A DNA stretch of 64,000 nucleotides, from the IMG/VR virus record IMGVR_UViG_2061766007_000922, one strand, 5' to 3'. Origin of the DNA: an uncultured virus (IMG/VR IMGVR_UViG_2061766007_000922). Lineage: Duplodnaviria > Heunggongvirae > Uroviricota > Caudoviricetes. The position numbers and the translations under genes were made by a program. This document shows, piece by piece, positions 10,128 to 19,009 of this stretch. The notes below the pieces were generated by a model. The model saw only the letters and a list, made by a program, of their open reading frames with translations. It was not told the origin of the DNA and ran no database searches. The stretch's first letter is position 1. Each line of letters opens with the position of its first letter.

Positions 10128-12386
10128 TTAGAAAAGTTCGTCGCCGCTTGCTTCCAGCGTCCGTTCCGCGCTTTCCAGGTTCTTCACCGCCTGCCGGAAA
10201 TAACTTTCCTTCAATTCGCAGCCAACGAACTGGCGCCCCATGGGCACGGCGCAGTATCCTTCGCTTCCAATTCCCATGAACGGGCTGAAAACAAGGTCGC
10301 CTGGCTTGCTCCAAAGTTGCAGGGCGCGTTCAATTACGTCAAGTTGCAGCGGGCAAATGTGCTTTTCGTCCTTTTCCTCGCGTGCGCTTTCCTTTTGCAG
10401 CGTGCGCGAAGCCCTAATGTCCATCCACACCGGGCTGGCGTAGCGCTGCCAAATTTCAATGGAATTTCGCGTCTTGTCTGCACCAAGTTCGGGCGGGTTT
10501 TCACCAACGAAACGGGTAAGTTCGCCTTCAATGCGGTCGGCGTTTTCGCCCGGCTTGCGCATGGTCACAAGGTAGTCGGGTATTCCGTTTCGGGAAATGG
10601 AACTGTCCTTTACAAGTTGCTTGTGCAGCAGGCCGATGGCCTTCGTGCGCTGCATGGCGGTCACCGGGTCCTTCCAAATGGTGACCTCGCTATGGTAAAT
10701 CCACCCGCATTCCGTGAAGAGCCGGATAAGTTCGCCACGGAAATCGCTAATGCCAATGAAGCCGTCCCGCGCCTTTGTGGTGGGCAGGTTCATGCAGTGG
10801 AACGAAACAAGCCTGCCCGGCTTTGTTATGCGGAAAAGTTCCCTTACAATGAAGCGGAAGTGTTCAATGAACTGGTCCGTGGTGTCGCAGTTGCCAAGGT
10901 CGCGCACGGAGTTGGAATAGGTGTAAAGGCTTGCAAACGGCGGGCTGAAAATGCTGAAGCCCACGGAATTGTCCTGCATTTCCTTGATAAGTTCGCAGGT
11001 GTCCCCCAGGTACGCGGTGTAGTTCTTGCCCCTTGCGCATTCTTGCATATACGTGTCCTCCATTTTGGCGGTTTTGTTTAGGTTCGTGTTTATGGTGCAG
11101 TTCGCAATCATGCAGTCCAGCATCTTCTTGAAGTTTTCGCCCTTGCGCACAATGTTCTCAAAAACAAAGCGCTCCTCGTTAGCCATTACAACCTGCACCG
11201 CCACCGGGCAGCGCTGCCCGAAGCGCCAGCACCTGCGGACGGCCTGGTAGTACATTTCGTAGGAATGGGAAACGCTGGAAAAGATTACGTTGTGGCAATT
11301 CTGCCAGTTCATGCCGAACCCGGCAATGGAAACCTTCGTGATAAGCACGCGGTACTTGCCGGAGGCGAAGCCAAGCAGGCGGTCAATTTTTGCGTCTTCC
11401 TGGGTTGACCCCGCAACCTGCACGGCGCCGGGAATAAGGCGCTCCAGCATGTCGCCTTCCTCGTTGCGTTCGCACCACACAAGGAACTGCTCCCGGCTTG
11501 CGTTCACAATTTCCGCAACCCTTGCGGCGCGGGCTTCCAGGCTTGCCTTCTTGATTTGCGAAAGTTCCGAAAGCGAGCAGTTGGTCACGAACAAGTCGTC
11601 GCTTTCCAGTTTTATTCCGGCGTCCACGTAAACCGGGTCCACCCGCAGTTCGGGCAGGTTGTACCCTTCCGCGCTATACCCAATTTCGGCGGGGTTCTTG
11701 AACATGACCGCCCAACTTGCAATCCACTTCCAAAATTCGTCCTCGGCGTGCCCCTTTATTGTCCACTTGCTTGTTTCCCCGCCATCGTGGAAAAAGAACT
11801 TTGAAAGCATACATTCGCGGGTCATTACCCCAAGGAACTCGGCATGGTTGCCCAGTTCCATGTAGTCGTTCGGGCTGGGCGTTGCGGTGCAGGCCAACTT
11901 GAACGGGGTTTTTGCGAACGTTTCAATTATTAGGGTGCGCATCTTGCCGTCAAACGATTTCAAAATGCTGCTTTCGTCCAGCACCACCCCGGCAAATTCT
12001 TCCGGGTTGAACTTTGCGATTTGCTCGTAGTTGGTGATGGTGATTTTGCCCTTCTTTTTTCCGTCGCGGGAAAGCAGCACGTCAATTCCGTACTTTTTGC
12101 CCTCGGCTATTGTCTGCTCGGCAACCGCAAGCGGGGAAACGACCAAGACGTCCCCCCCACTGGGGTTGTTTGCAACCTGCCAAGCCCACTGCAACTGCAT
12201 CATCGTCTTGCCAAGGCCGCAATCGGCAAAAATGGCGGCTTTCCCCAGGCGCAGCGCCCAGCGGACGACATCGTGCTGGAACTTGAACATTTGCGTCCCG
12301 TTCTGCGGAACAAGCGCCTCGTCAATTTCAAAGCCCACGGGCTTAAATTCAATGCTTTTGGATTTCAAAAATTCGGTATATTCCAT
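10128..12386 (-). CDS. SNF2-like helicase fused to beta-class N4/N6 DNA methyltransferase
   Basis: DCGLGKT, LDESS, TATPSPND, QAVRRCWRFGQ; then FSPPF and SPFMGIGS; ends GDELF. Confidence 0.85.
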   Translation of the reverse strand: MEYTEFLKSKSIEFKPVGFEIDEALVPQNGTQMFKFQHDVVRWALRLGKAAIFADCGLGKTMMQLQWAWQVANNPSGGDVLVVSPLAVAEQTIAEGKKYGIDVLLSRDGKKKGKITITNYEQIAKFNPEEFAGVVLDESSILKSFDGKMRTLIIETFAKTPFKLACTATPSPNDYMELGNHAEFLGVMTRECMLSKFFFHDGGETSKWTIKGHAEDEFWKWIASWAVMFKNPAEIGYSAEGYNLPELRVDPVYVDAGIKLESDDLFVTNCSLSELSQIKKASLEARAARVAEIVNASREQFLVWCERNEEGDMLERLIPGAVQVAGSTQEDAKIDRLLGFASGKYRVLITKVSIAGFGMNWQNCHNVIFSSVSHSYEMYYQAVRRCWRFGQRCPVAVQVVMANEERFVFENIVRKGENFKKMLDCMIANCTINTNLNKTAKMEDTYMQECARGKNYTAYLGDTCELIKEMQDNSVGFSIFSPPFASLYTYSNSVRDLGNCDTTDQFIEHFRFIVRELFRITKPGRLVSFHCMNLPTTKARDGFIGISDFRGELIRLFTECGWIYHSEVTIWKDPVTAMQRTKAIGLLHKQLVKDSSISRNGIPDYLVTMRKPGENADRIEGELTRFVGENPPELGADKTRNSIEIWQRYASPVWMDIRASRTLQKESAREEKDEKHICPLQLDVIERALQLWSKPGDLVFSPFMGIGSEGYCAVPMGRQFVGCELKESYFRQAVKNLESAERTLEASGDELF

Positions 12387-12395
12387 TTTAGTCTC

Positions 12396-12662
12396 CTATT
12401 TTTCCAGTTCGGCGGCAACCGCACGCAGCCTTTCAAGGAACGCCTTTGTGCAGGCCTTGGGTGCGCGTTTCACGCCCTGCAAGACCCCAATGCGGGTCAA
12501 AAGTTCCCTGGCAACCCTTGCCGTGGATGCCGCGTAAAACTTGCGCAACTTGTAGCGTCGGTCGCAGTTCTGCTGGGCGGTTCGCCCTTCTACGGAGCCG
12601 CCGTTGAACACAAGCGTGTCCTGCGCCGGGGTCCAGCCCATAGCCTTTCCGCGTTTAACCAT
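12396..12662 (-). CDS. Hypothetical protein
   Basis: RBS ggaggt; operon position. Confidence 0.55.
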   Translation of the reverse strand: MVKRGKAMGWTPAQDTLVFNGGSVEGRTAQQNCDRRYKLRKFYAASTARVARELLTRIGVLQGVKRAPKACTKAFLERLRAVAAELEK

Positions 12663-12675
12663 GCTTTACCTCCGT

Positions 12676-13683
12676 TTAGGAAAACGTTTCAATGGTGGCA
12701 AGGGTTAGGACATGCCACCCGTAATCTATATTGTTCGTGTCAAAGTGCTTGTCAAAGTTTTGCAGCACGCTCGCGGCCTGGCTAATGCGCGGGTCGCCAA
12801 GGTTTGCGCCGCCCTTGCCCAGCAAAATTCCGTTCGCCCAGGCCATTGCCATTTTGCCCAGGGTCATGCTGTCTTCCTTGCCCTCGGTTTTCATTTTCTT
12901 AATAAGCGTCAGCGCGTTCACAAGGCTGGGCTCCTGCCCCTTCCCGAAGCCGCCCATAAGTGCAAGGCAGAAATTTTTTGCATCCTCGCTTTCCGCTTCA
13001 ATGCAAACCTTGTTCGTGAGAACCTTAATTTGCTCTTCTTCGGTTGCAATGCCGCTCACGCTTTCCAGCGCAACCAGCAGTGCACGCGGGGAACCTTCGC
13101 CAACTTCCACAATTTTGTTAAACACGGCGTCGGAAATTTCAATGCCTTCCTTTGTTGCCACTTCGTCCACCAGTTGCATGGCTTCCTTTTTGGCAAGCGG
13201 TTCCACCTTCCACTGGGTGAGCCTGGTGGTCAACGCGCTAACCTTTTCCCCCTTGTCGCCCTTGAAGAACTTGTCCGGGTTTGTGGTGCAGAAAAAGATG
13301 TAGTTAAAGTCCGCGCCATCTTCGCAGGGTTTCAAAAGCAGGCTTTTGGCTGCGGGCGTTAGTTGCTGGCATTCGTCAATGATAAAAATGTTGTAGTTCC
13401 CAATGAGCGGGAGGCTTTTCATTGCCTCCTCCACGCCGCGCATTGCATCCACGCCGTTCAAACTGGAAGCGTTGATTTCGTCAATGTTTGCGTCCGTTGC
13501 GCCCAGGAACTCCTTGCTTACGGCACGCGCCAGGGTGGTTTTTCCGCAGCCGCTGGCGCCATAGAGCAGGATGGCGTGGTTGTGATTTTTCTTTGCAAAG
13601 TGCGCTTTAATTTGGCTGATGAGCGCGGTGTTGCCTTTCATTTCCGCAAGCGTTTGCGGGCGGTGTTTTTTGTAAAGCGACAT
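12676..13683 (-). CDS. dnaX: Clamp loader AAA+ ATPase (DNA pol III gamma/tau-like)
   Basis: MSLYKKHRPQTLAEM, GASGCGKTT, IIDEC, LLKPCED, FCTTN, GSPR. Confidence 0.85.
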   Translation of the reverse strand: MSLYKKHRPQTLAEMKGNTALISQIKAHFAKKNHNHAILLYGASGCGKTTLARAVSKEFLGATDANIDEINASSLNGVDAMRGVEEAMKSLPLIGNYNIFIIDECQQLTPAAKSLLLKPCEDGADFNYIFFCTTNPDKFFKGDKGEKVSALTTRLTQWKVEPLAKKEAMQLVDEVATKEGIEISDAVFNKIVEVGEGSPRALLVALESVSGIATEEEQIKVLTNKVCIEAESEDAKNFCLALMGGFGKGQEPSLVNALTLIKKMKTEGKEDSMTLGKMAMAWANGILLGKGGANLGDPRISQAASVLQNFDKHFDTNNIDYGWHVLTLATIETFS

Positions 13684-13703
13684 GTTTGTTTTTCCTTTTT
13701 GGT

Positions 13704-13937
13704 TTAAATAATTTCGCAGTTAAGGTTTATTTTTCTAATTGCGTTTGTTGAAATTTCCGGGCACCCGTTTTTAAAAAACCAGTAGCGGCAAAAGTCACAA
13801 ACTTCCTTCTGCATGGCCTTGTAGTTTTCTTCCGTCGCCTGCTGGCTTTCCCATCTTTTTAAAATGGTGTAAACCCCGGCTTCGAGCGTTTCTTGTTCAG
13901 CGGCGTCCGCTGCAATAAAAATTCTTTCTTGTTCCAT
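13704..13937 (-). CDS. Hypothetical protein (probably leaderless)
   Basis: ATG lies 5 nt after a TGCTATAAT element. Confidence 0.55.
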   Translation of the reverse strand: MEQERIFIAADAAEQETLEAGVYTILKRWESQQATEENYKAMQKEVCDFCRYWFFKNGCPEISTNAIRKINLNCEII

Positions 13938-13955
13938 GCCTTATTATAGCAAATG

Positions 13956-14327
13956 TTAGCAAGTCGCATTCTTTGCAGCCTTGCGGGCGGAGCGGCGTGT
14001 ACGCCTTATTTTGTGGTCCCATGTTTCTTCTATTACCATGTGCTTATTCGCACGGGCAACCGCTGCAATATAATCAACCCCAAGGCGCGTCCAGCAAACC
14101 TCCCGCACCCTTTCCGAATATTCAAAAATGCCCTTTTTGCGCAAGCCCTCAATGATGCCGCCTTGTGCGCCGCCCCGGTAAATTGAACCGGGGTTTACGC
14201 GGAGTTTGCGGTGGTGCCATCCGATGAGATTTGGTGTCGCTATTTGGTACGCCGCCCACGCAAGCACACGAATTTCTTCAAGCGTGCATTCTACTCCGTA
14301 AAATTTCAGCCGTGGTGATTTTGCCAT
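13956..14327 (-). CDS. Hypothetical protein
   Basis: RBS aaggag; 123 aa. Confidence 0.6.
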   Translation of the reverse strand: MAKSPRLKFYGVECTLEEIRVLAWAAYQIATPNLIGWHHRKLRVNPGSIYRGGAQGGIIEGLRKKGIFEYSERVREVCWTRLGVDYIAAVARANKHMVIEETWDHKIRRTRRSARKAAKNATC

Positions 14328-14342
14328 TTTGAAACTCCTTAT

Positions 14343-14774
14343 AAAATGGTATGGGCGCGGGCGTTGGTATCAGTTTCCAACCAGCCGCCCGCGCCCTAAC
14401 GATAGCGCTCTCGCGTTAGCCAACGCACCGTCGCTCGGTGGTGCATTCCCGCCCGGTATTTCGGACCCGGTGTCGGCTTCCTATTTGTGGGCAAGCAACG
14501 TTCCCAAGGGGTTCACCATTTGGAGGCGTTGGGTCGATGCGTCGCACTCCAATCATTTCACCCGTAACTTTTGGCGGCTTGTTTACTTTCGGGGCAAGTA
14601 TGAACCAGCCGTAAAAATATAGCCCTAATTTGTTCGCCGTACTAGGCAGCTCTTTTCCAAATGGTTCCTTGCTGGCAGCTAACCAACAAATTTTTCACTT
14701 TTGTACTAGGAGCCACTTTTCCGGCGCGGAGTTCCCTTGCAGTTAACAAGGCTCCAAAAACCTTTTTACACCAT
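14343..14774 (-). ncRNA. Candidate ~430-nt structured non-coding RNA / long leader
   Basis: Own TGCTATAAT promoter (14783-14775); no minus-strand ORF; consecutive hairpins; tandem covarying motif ending UAGUAC. Confidence 0.55.
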
Positions 14775-14802
14775 ATTATAGCAAAGTGCGTGCAAGTGCT
14801 TT

Positions 14803-15021
14803 TTATACGCGCACCGCCATAAAAAGTTCACCAGGCTGGTCAACCCCGTACAGAAAGGCGCGTTGAAAATGCACCCCGTCCGGGGTTGTGCCAAATTCCC
14901 AAACGCGCCGATAAATGTATTTCGCGGTGCTAAACTTTGGGAAAAGTCCGGCTGCGCTGGCACGCTGGTAAAATGTTTCCTTGTCAACGATTTGCGGTCC
15001 TATAAAATAGCGCTTTTGCAT
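14803..15021 (-). CDS. Hypothetical protein
   Basis: MQKRYFIG start with aagga RBS. Confidence 0.5.
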   Translation of the reverse strand: MQKRYFIGPQIVDKETFYQRASAAGLFPKFSTAKYIYRRVWEFGTTPDGVHFQRAFLYGVDQPGELFMAVRV

Positions 15022-15034
15022 TTTATTTCCTTCA

Positions 15035-15640
15035 TTACCTTGTTTTCCAGGCGCCTTGCACGGGCAGCACAAGCCCGTGAAGGGTAATTGCCCGCCCCTT
15101 TTCGTCCACGCCAATGTCGGCCTGCTTTTTGGCGGCTTCGTAAAGCCCCAGGATTTCGCGCATGAACATTTCCGAGGTGAAGTTTGCCTGGCGCAGTTCG
15201 TGCAGGCTAAAAACGCGGCCTGCGGAAAATTCCAGGATGTGCCCGGTTTCCACTTCCGGCTCCCCTGCGTCCGCCACGCTTGCCTTGCACCGCAGGAAAA
15301 CGCGGATGTTTACGCTGTCGCCATGGTAGAACCTATCCAGCCCGGCACCCTGCACCCGCAGGCGTTCTTCAATGCGTTCCAGTAGGCCGTCCAGGGCTTC
15401 CCGGTATTCAAAAACCCAGGCGCACCCGCCGCAACTTTTAAAGAACCCGGCGCGACGCGTTTTGCCGCAAATGGGGCAGGCCTTGAGTTTTGGTTGCTCG
15501 CGCTCTGCAAGCCCGTAGTCGCAAAACCTTCCGCGATACATTTGCACCCGGACGTCTTTTGTTTTAATTTTTGCGCCATGCCAAACCGGGCTTTTGCAAA
15601 ATTTGGCTTTGGCAATTTTCTTTTTAAGCCTTTTGTTCAT
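15035..15640 (-). CDS. Hypothetical protein with CxxC..CxxC zinc finger
   Basis: MNKRLKKK start; CPICG..SCGGC. Confidence 0.55.
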   Translation of the reverse strand: MNKRLKKKIAKAKFCKSPVWHGAKIKTKDVRVQMYRGRFCDYGLAEREQPKLKACPICGKTRRAGFFKSCGGCAWVFEYREALDGLLERIEERLRVQGAGLDRFYHGDSVNIRVFLRCKASVADAGEPEVETGHILEFSAGRVFSLHELRQANFTSEMFMREILGLYEAAKKQADIGVDEKGRAITLHGLVLPVQGAWKTR

Positions 15641-16013
15641 TGCCTGCTCCCTTGTTGTGAAATTCAATGCAAACAACGTGAATCGCAAGCGGCGACCCGT
15701 TTTCTTCCACCCTGGCAACGCGCTCCGTGGCGGTGGCCTTCCTAAACGCCAGCCCCATGGCTTGCAGCGCCTTGCCCACAAGTTCCACGGCGTTGGAAAC
15801 CGGGCGCAGGGTTATTTCAAGCGAATGCCGCCCTTCCCCGGTTAGCACCCAGGAAAAGCGCAGGCAATAAAGACCGAAGCCTTTGAGCAGGCCTTCCGCA
15901 CGCACCTGCACCTTCTTTTCGTATGCGCTCGGGACGAACGGCGGCTTGCGGTGCATCTTGGCAACCGCCGCCACAATTTGGTCCCAATCGCGTTTAATTC
16001 TTGGGTTGTACAT
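15624..16013 (-). CDS. Hypothetical protein
   Basis: Tightly packed early operon. Confidence 0.5.
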   Translation of the reverse strand: MYNPRIKRDWDQIVAAVAKMHRKPPFVPSAYEKKVQVRAEGLLKGFGLYCLRFSWVLTGEGRHSLEITLRPVSNAVELVGKALQAMGLAFRKATATERVARVEENGSPLAIHVVCIEFHNKGAGNEQKA

Positions 16014-16024
16014 TTGCCCGTCCC

Positions 16025-16309
16025 CTAGTTAAAGTATCCGGCTTCGGTAATGGCGTCCAGGCAAAGTTTCACCTGGTAGGCGAAATTATAGCCGGAAAGG
16101 TTTACTTCCTCGGCGCTGCCCGCCTTGAACAAAACGCTGCCGCCTTCGCTGCGGAAGGTAAAGTCTTCCGGGTTCCAGTGCGCCCGCACCACCATTTCGG
16201 CGACGGTGCTTGCAACCGGGGTCACGGAAATAATATGGTTCGCGGAAACGCCTGCGGCAATTTGCTTGAAGGTGTTCGCGGTTTTTACAATGAGTTCTTC
16301 GGGTGTCAT
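16025..16309 (-). CDS. Hypothetical protein
   Basis: RBS ggagg before MTPEELIVK. Confidence 0.55.
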   Translation of the reverse strand: MTPEELIVKTANTFKQIAAGVSANHIISVTPVASTVAEMVVRAHWNPEDFTFRSEGGSVLFKAGSAEEVNLSGYNFAYQVKLCLDAITEAGYFN

Positions 16310-16322
16310 TTTGTGCCTCCGT

Positions 16323-16478
16323 TTAGAAAAGATGCAGTTCTTGCTTAATGGCGTCCACCTTCGCCAAAACAATCATTTTCGCGTCGCCAGCAATGCCTGC
16401 TTCGGAAAACTGCGCCAGCACTTTTTCAAGTACCTGGCGCTGGTGGTTTAGTTCGTCTGTCCGGGTGTTCCTAACCAT
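16323..16478 (-). CDS. Small hypothetical protein (51 aa, ends QELHLF)
   Basis: MVRNTRTDEL..KQELHLF fills the gap in the operon. Confidence 0.45.
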   Translation of the reverse strand: MVRNTRTDELNHQRQVLEKVLAQFSEAGIAGDAKMIVLAKVDAIKQELHLF

Positions 16479-16489
16479 GCGCCCACCCC

Positions 16490-16736
16490 TTACTTGATTT
16501 TCTTCACCAGTACGGCGGCGTGCAGTTTCTTGATGTTCCAGCCGCCCTTTTCAATGGTGTAAATCCTGCACTTGCCGCCTTCACCGCTCACAACCCCGTT
16601 GAGCATGGGTGCGTAATGTGTTCCAAAGGTAAGTTCCACGTCGTCCCAGCAGGAAACCGCGCCAATGTGCTTCGCGCACTTCGGTGTAGTTTTTAACGAG
16701 CATTTCTTCAATTTGCTTTAAAAGTTCCGGCTTCAT
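16490..16736 (-). pseudogene. Early gene with apparent frameshift near 16680
   Basis: ATG with RBS at 16736 (MKPELLKQIEEMLVKNYTE) is out of frame with the C-terminal LNGVVSGEGGKCRIYTIEKGGWNIKKLH block. Confidence 0.45.
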
Positions 16737-16742
16737 GGTGGG

Positions 16743-16840
16743 CTCCTTGCTAATTGTTAATTGCTTATGACCTTAATATAGCATTTATTTGCTAGATGTG
16801 CAAGTGATTTTTTAAATTTTTATGTAAAAATTTTGTTTAC
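16743..16840 (-). promoter_or_regulatory. Repeated early promoter/leader cassette, copy A
   Basis: UP-like A/T tract, TTGCAC-17-TATATT, leader AAGCAATTAACAATTAGCAAGGAG. Confidence 0.85.
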
Positions 16841-16842
16841 AT

Positions 16843-17591
16843 TCATCGGCGGTGCCCAACCACCCAAAGCAAATCGCCCGGCTGCATGAACGGCACGCAC
16901 TTGGCCTCGTAAATTGGGTCAAGTTCCACGCCGCAAAGGCTTGTTTCCGCCGGGGCGTCATGGTAGTCCAGCGGGCTGGCAACCAGTTCAAAATCAACCT
17001 TGCAGCCCAGGAAGGGCTGGTAAAACTTTTCAAGGTTCTTGAGCGAGCGCCTTCCAACCTGGACGCCAAGGACGCGCACGTCGTAGCGCCGGAAAAGCGT
17101 GAGCCCGTTAAGCACGCAGGCCATGGACATTCCGCTGCCAAACGGCACGACAACGCGCCGGACGCCCTGGGGAACGTTTTGCGCCTGCTGCATGGTTGTC
17201 TTGACGTTTTCGGCGCATTCCATTCCGAAAGGAACGTAAAAGAGCCCGTTCTCCTTCGCGTATTCCCTGGCGTGCGCCGCGATGACGTTATTGTAGCCAA
17301 CCCTTTGAACCACCACCTGGGAAAACGTGTTTTGCGAAATGGTTTTTAGGACGCTTGTTTCCCTGCCCCGTGGCATGAACAAGAAGCACGGCACGCGCAG
17401 GGCTTCGCAAATGCAGGAAACAATTTCGCACTGCGGGCTTTCCCTTGCGCCTGCGGTTGCAATGCCCTTGAAGCCCTGCGCAAGCGCCTGGGAAATAAGT
17501 TGGAAGGCGGCTCGTGCCTTCCCCCCCTGGCGCCGTAAACTTCAAAAAGGTCGCCGCGCCGTTCAACCGGGGTCAGTTCTTCAACGTTCAT
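16843..17591 (-). CDS. PLP-dependent fold-type II enzyme (ACC deaminase/D-cysteine desulfhydrase-like), frameshifted at a G7 tract
   Basis: LTPVE; GGKAR once one G is added at 17521-17527; SPQ, VPFGSGMS, ELDPIYEAK. Confidence 0.75.
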
Positions 17592-17600
17592 TTTTGCCGC

Positions 17601-18938
17601 CTAGTCAAAGTTATCAAAAACCTTTTCAAAGCCCACGGCGTCTTCCGCCTCGGCTTCCGCCGCTTCCCACTTTTCAATCACCATTTCGCGCAGGCGCCTG
17701 CGGGCTTCGGGGTCGGAACCGCAAAGGGCGCGGAGTTCGTCGCGGGTCATTTTGCGCCCGAACTTTGCCCCGTATTCTTCCGGGCACGCCGGGGCTTCCA
17801 CAACGCTTCCATCTTCGGCCTTAATGCCAAGCGCCGCCCACTGGTAAACGACGTCCAGGTTCACGGCGCGGCGCCCGATTACCTTGTAGGCAAACTCCTT
17901 GTATTCCGCCATCTTCCCGGTGTCGTTCAACCAGGAGGTCACGGCCTTCAAATCCGGCATGGCGCCGCCCCAACTTACTTCATCGCTCACAAGGTTGCCA
18001 TCCTTGTCGCGCAGGTTGTAAAGGAAGTCAATATTTGAGCCAACGTTGTCAATTCCACGGGTGAAATAAACCACGTAGTAAACCTCGCGCCCCGGCCTTT
18101 CGGTTCGCGCCTTATTCTTTGTGCGTGCCCGCACCACGCTGCCAATCCACTTCCCGCCAACTTCAATTTTTCTAATTAGCGCAAGGTCCAGGATGGTGTG
18201 GCAATAGTATTTCAAGGAATAGCCGCCCGTGACCGTCTTCTGCCCAGGTATGGGCGAGCCAATTTTGGCGCGGTACTGGCTGGTCAAAATAAGGAGGCAG
18301 TTTTTGCGTTCCAGTTCGTCAACGTGGTCGGCAAAGAACGCGGAAAGGGATTTTTGCTTGCCCATGTTGTAGGAGCCCTTGTTCACCACTTCCTTTCCCT
18401 GCACCAGTTTGGAAAGGCGTTCCTGCATGGCTTCTTCCGCCCCGGCGTCCTTAACGCTGTCCAGGCTGTCCTGGGCGTAAATGGCATATTCGTCGTCCTT
18501 AAGGCCGGAAAGGAAAAGGGAAACGTGCGCGTCCATTTCCTGGACGGTGGTGGAGTGGTGGAAGGTAATGGTTGCGGGCTTAAGCGTTCCGCGCTCGCCC
18601 TTTACAAAGCCGGAAAGCGGCTTGCCTTCGCTGCTAATTTCAAAGCCGTACAATTTCGGGCAGTCAAACTTGTTCCCGTTTTCGCCGTCGCTATTAAGCC
18701 AGCGGAACTTCTTGGGGTTGCGGTAATGGTTGGCGGCAATCATTTCGTTAATTACAAAGGATTTGCCCGCGCCGCTGTCGCCCCAAACCCCCAAAATGGT
18801 TCCGGCTTCCAGGCCGTACGTCTTGGCCTTGCCGCCAAGCAAAATATCAAGCAGGTCGCAGCCCGTGCGGATGCGCGGGTGTTCCTGCGCGGCTTCCGGT
18901 TTCTTTGTAAGTGCGGCTTCCAGTTTCTTGTCCTTCAT
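17601..18938 (-). CDS. RecA/UvsX-like recombinase
   Basis: RTGCDLLDILLGG, GDSGAGKS, QDSLDS, ILTSQYR, TGGYSLKYY, KNK. Confidence 0.85.
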   Translation of the reverse strand: MKDKKLEAALTKKPEAAQEHPRIRTGCDLLDILLGGKAKTYGLEAGTILGVWGDSGAGKSFVINEMIAANHYRNPKKFRWLNSDGENGNKFDCPKLYGFEISSEGKPLSGFVKGERGTLKPATITFHHSTTVQEMDAHVSLFLSGLKDDEYAIYAQDSLDSVKDAGAEEAMQERLSKLVQGKEVVNKGSYNMGKQKSLSAFFADHVDELERKNCLLILTSQYRAKIGSPIPGQKTVTGGYSLKYYCHTILDLALIRKIEVGGKWIGSVVRARTKNKARTERPGREVYYVVYFTRGIDNVGSNIDFLYNLRDKDGNLVSDEVSWGGAMPDLKAVTSWLNDTGKMAEYKEFAYKVIGRRAVNLDVVYQWAALGIKAEDGSVVEAPACPEEYGAKFGRKMTRDELRALCGSDPEARRRLREMVIEKWEAAEAEAEDAVGFEKVFDNFD

Positions 18939-19009
18939 TTTAAAACTCCGTTATGCGTTAAAAGGGGCGCCCGTTTGTTGCAGGCGCCCCGTGGCTTTAA
19001 ATTGTACCT

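Noticed and set aside
14343..14400. tRNA suggested by an ..AUACCA end on the minus strand
   Set aside because: No T-loop, D-loop or cloverleaf.
14329..14622. 97-aa plus-strand ORF
   Set aside because: TTG start, no RBS, antisense to the operon and overlapping the structured region.
16670..16700. Programmed frameshift in the first gene under cassette A
   Set aside because: No clear slippery heptamer at the break; a sequencing or assembly indel is more likely.
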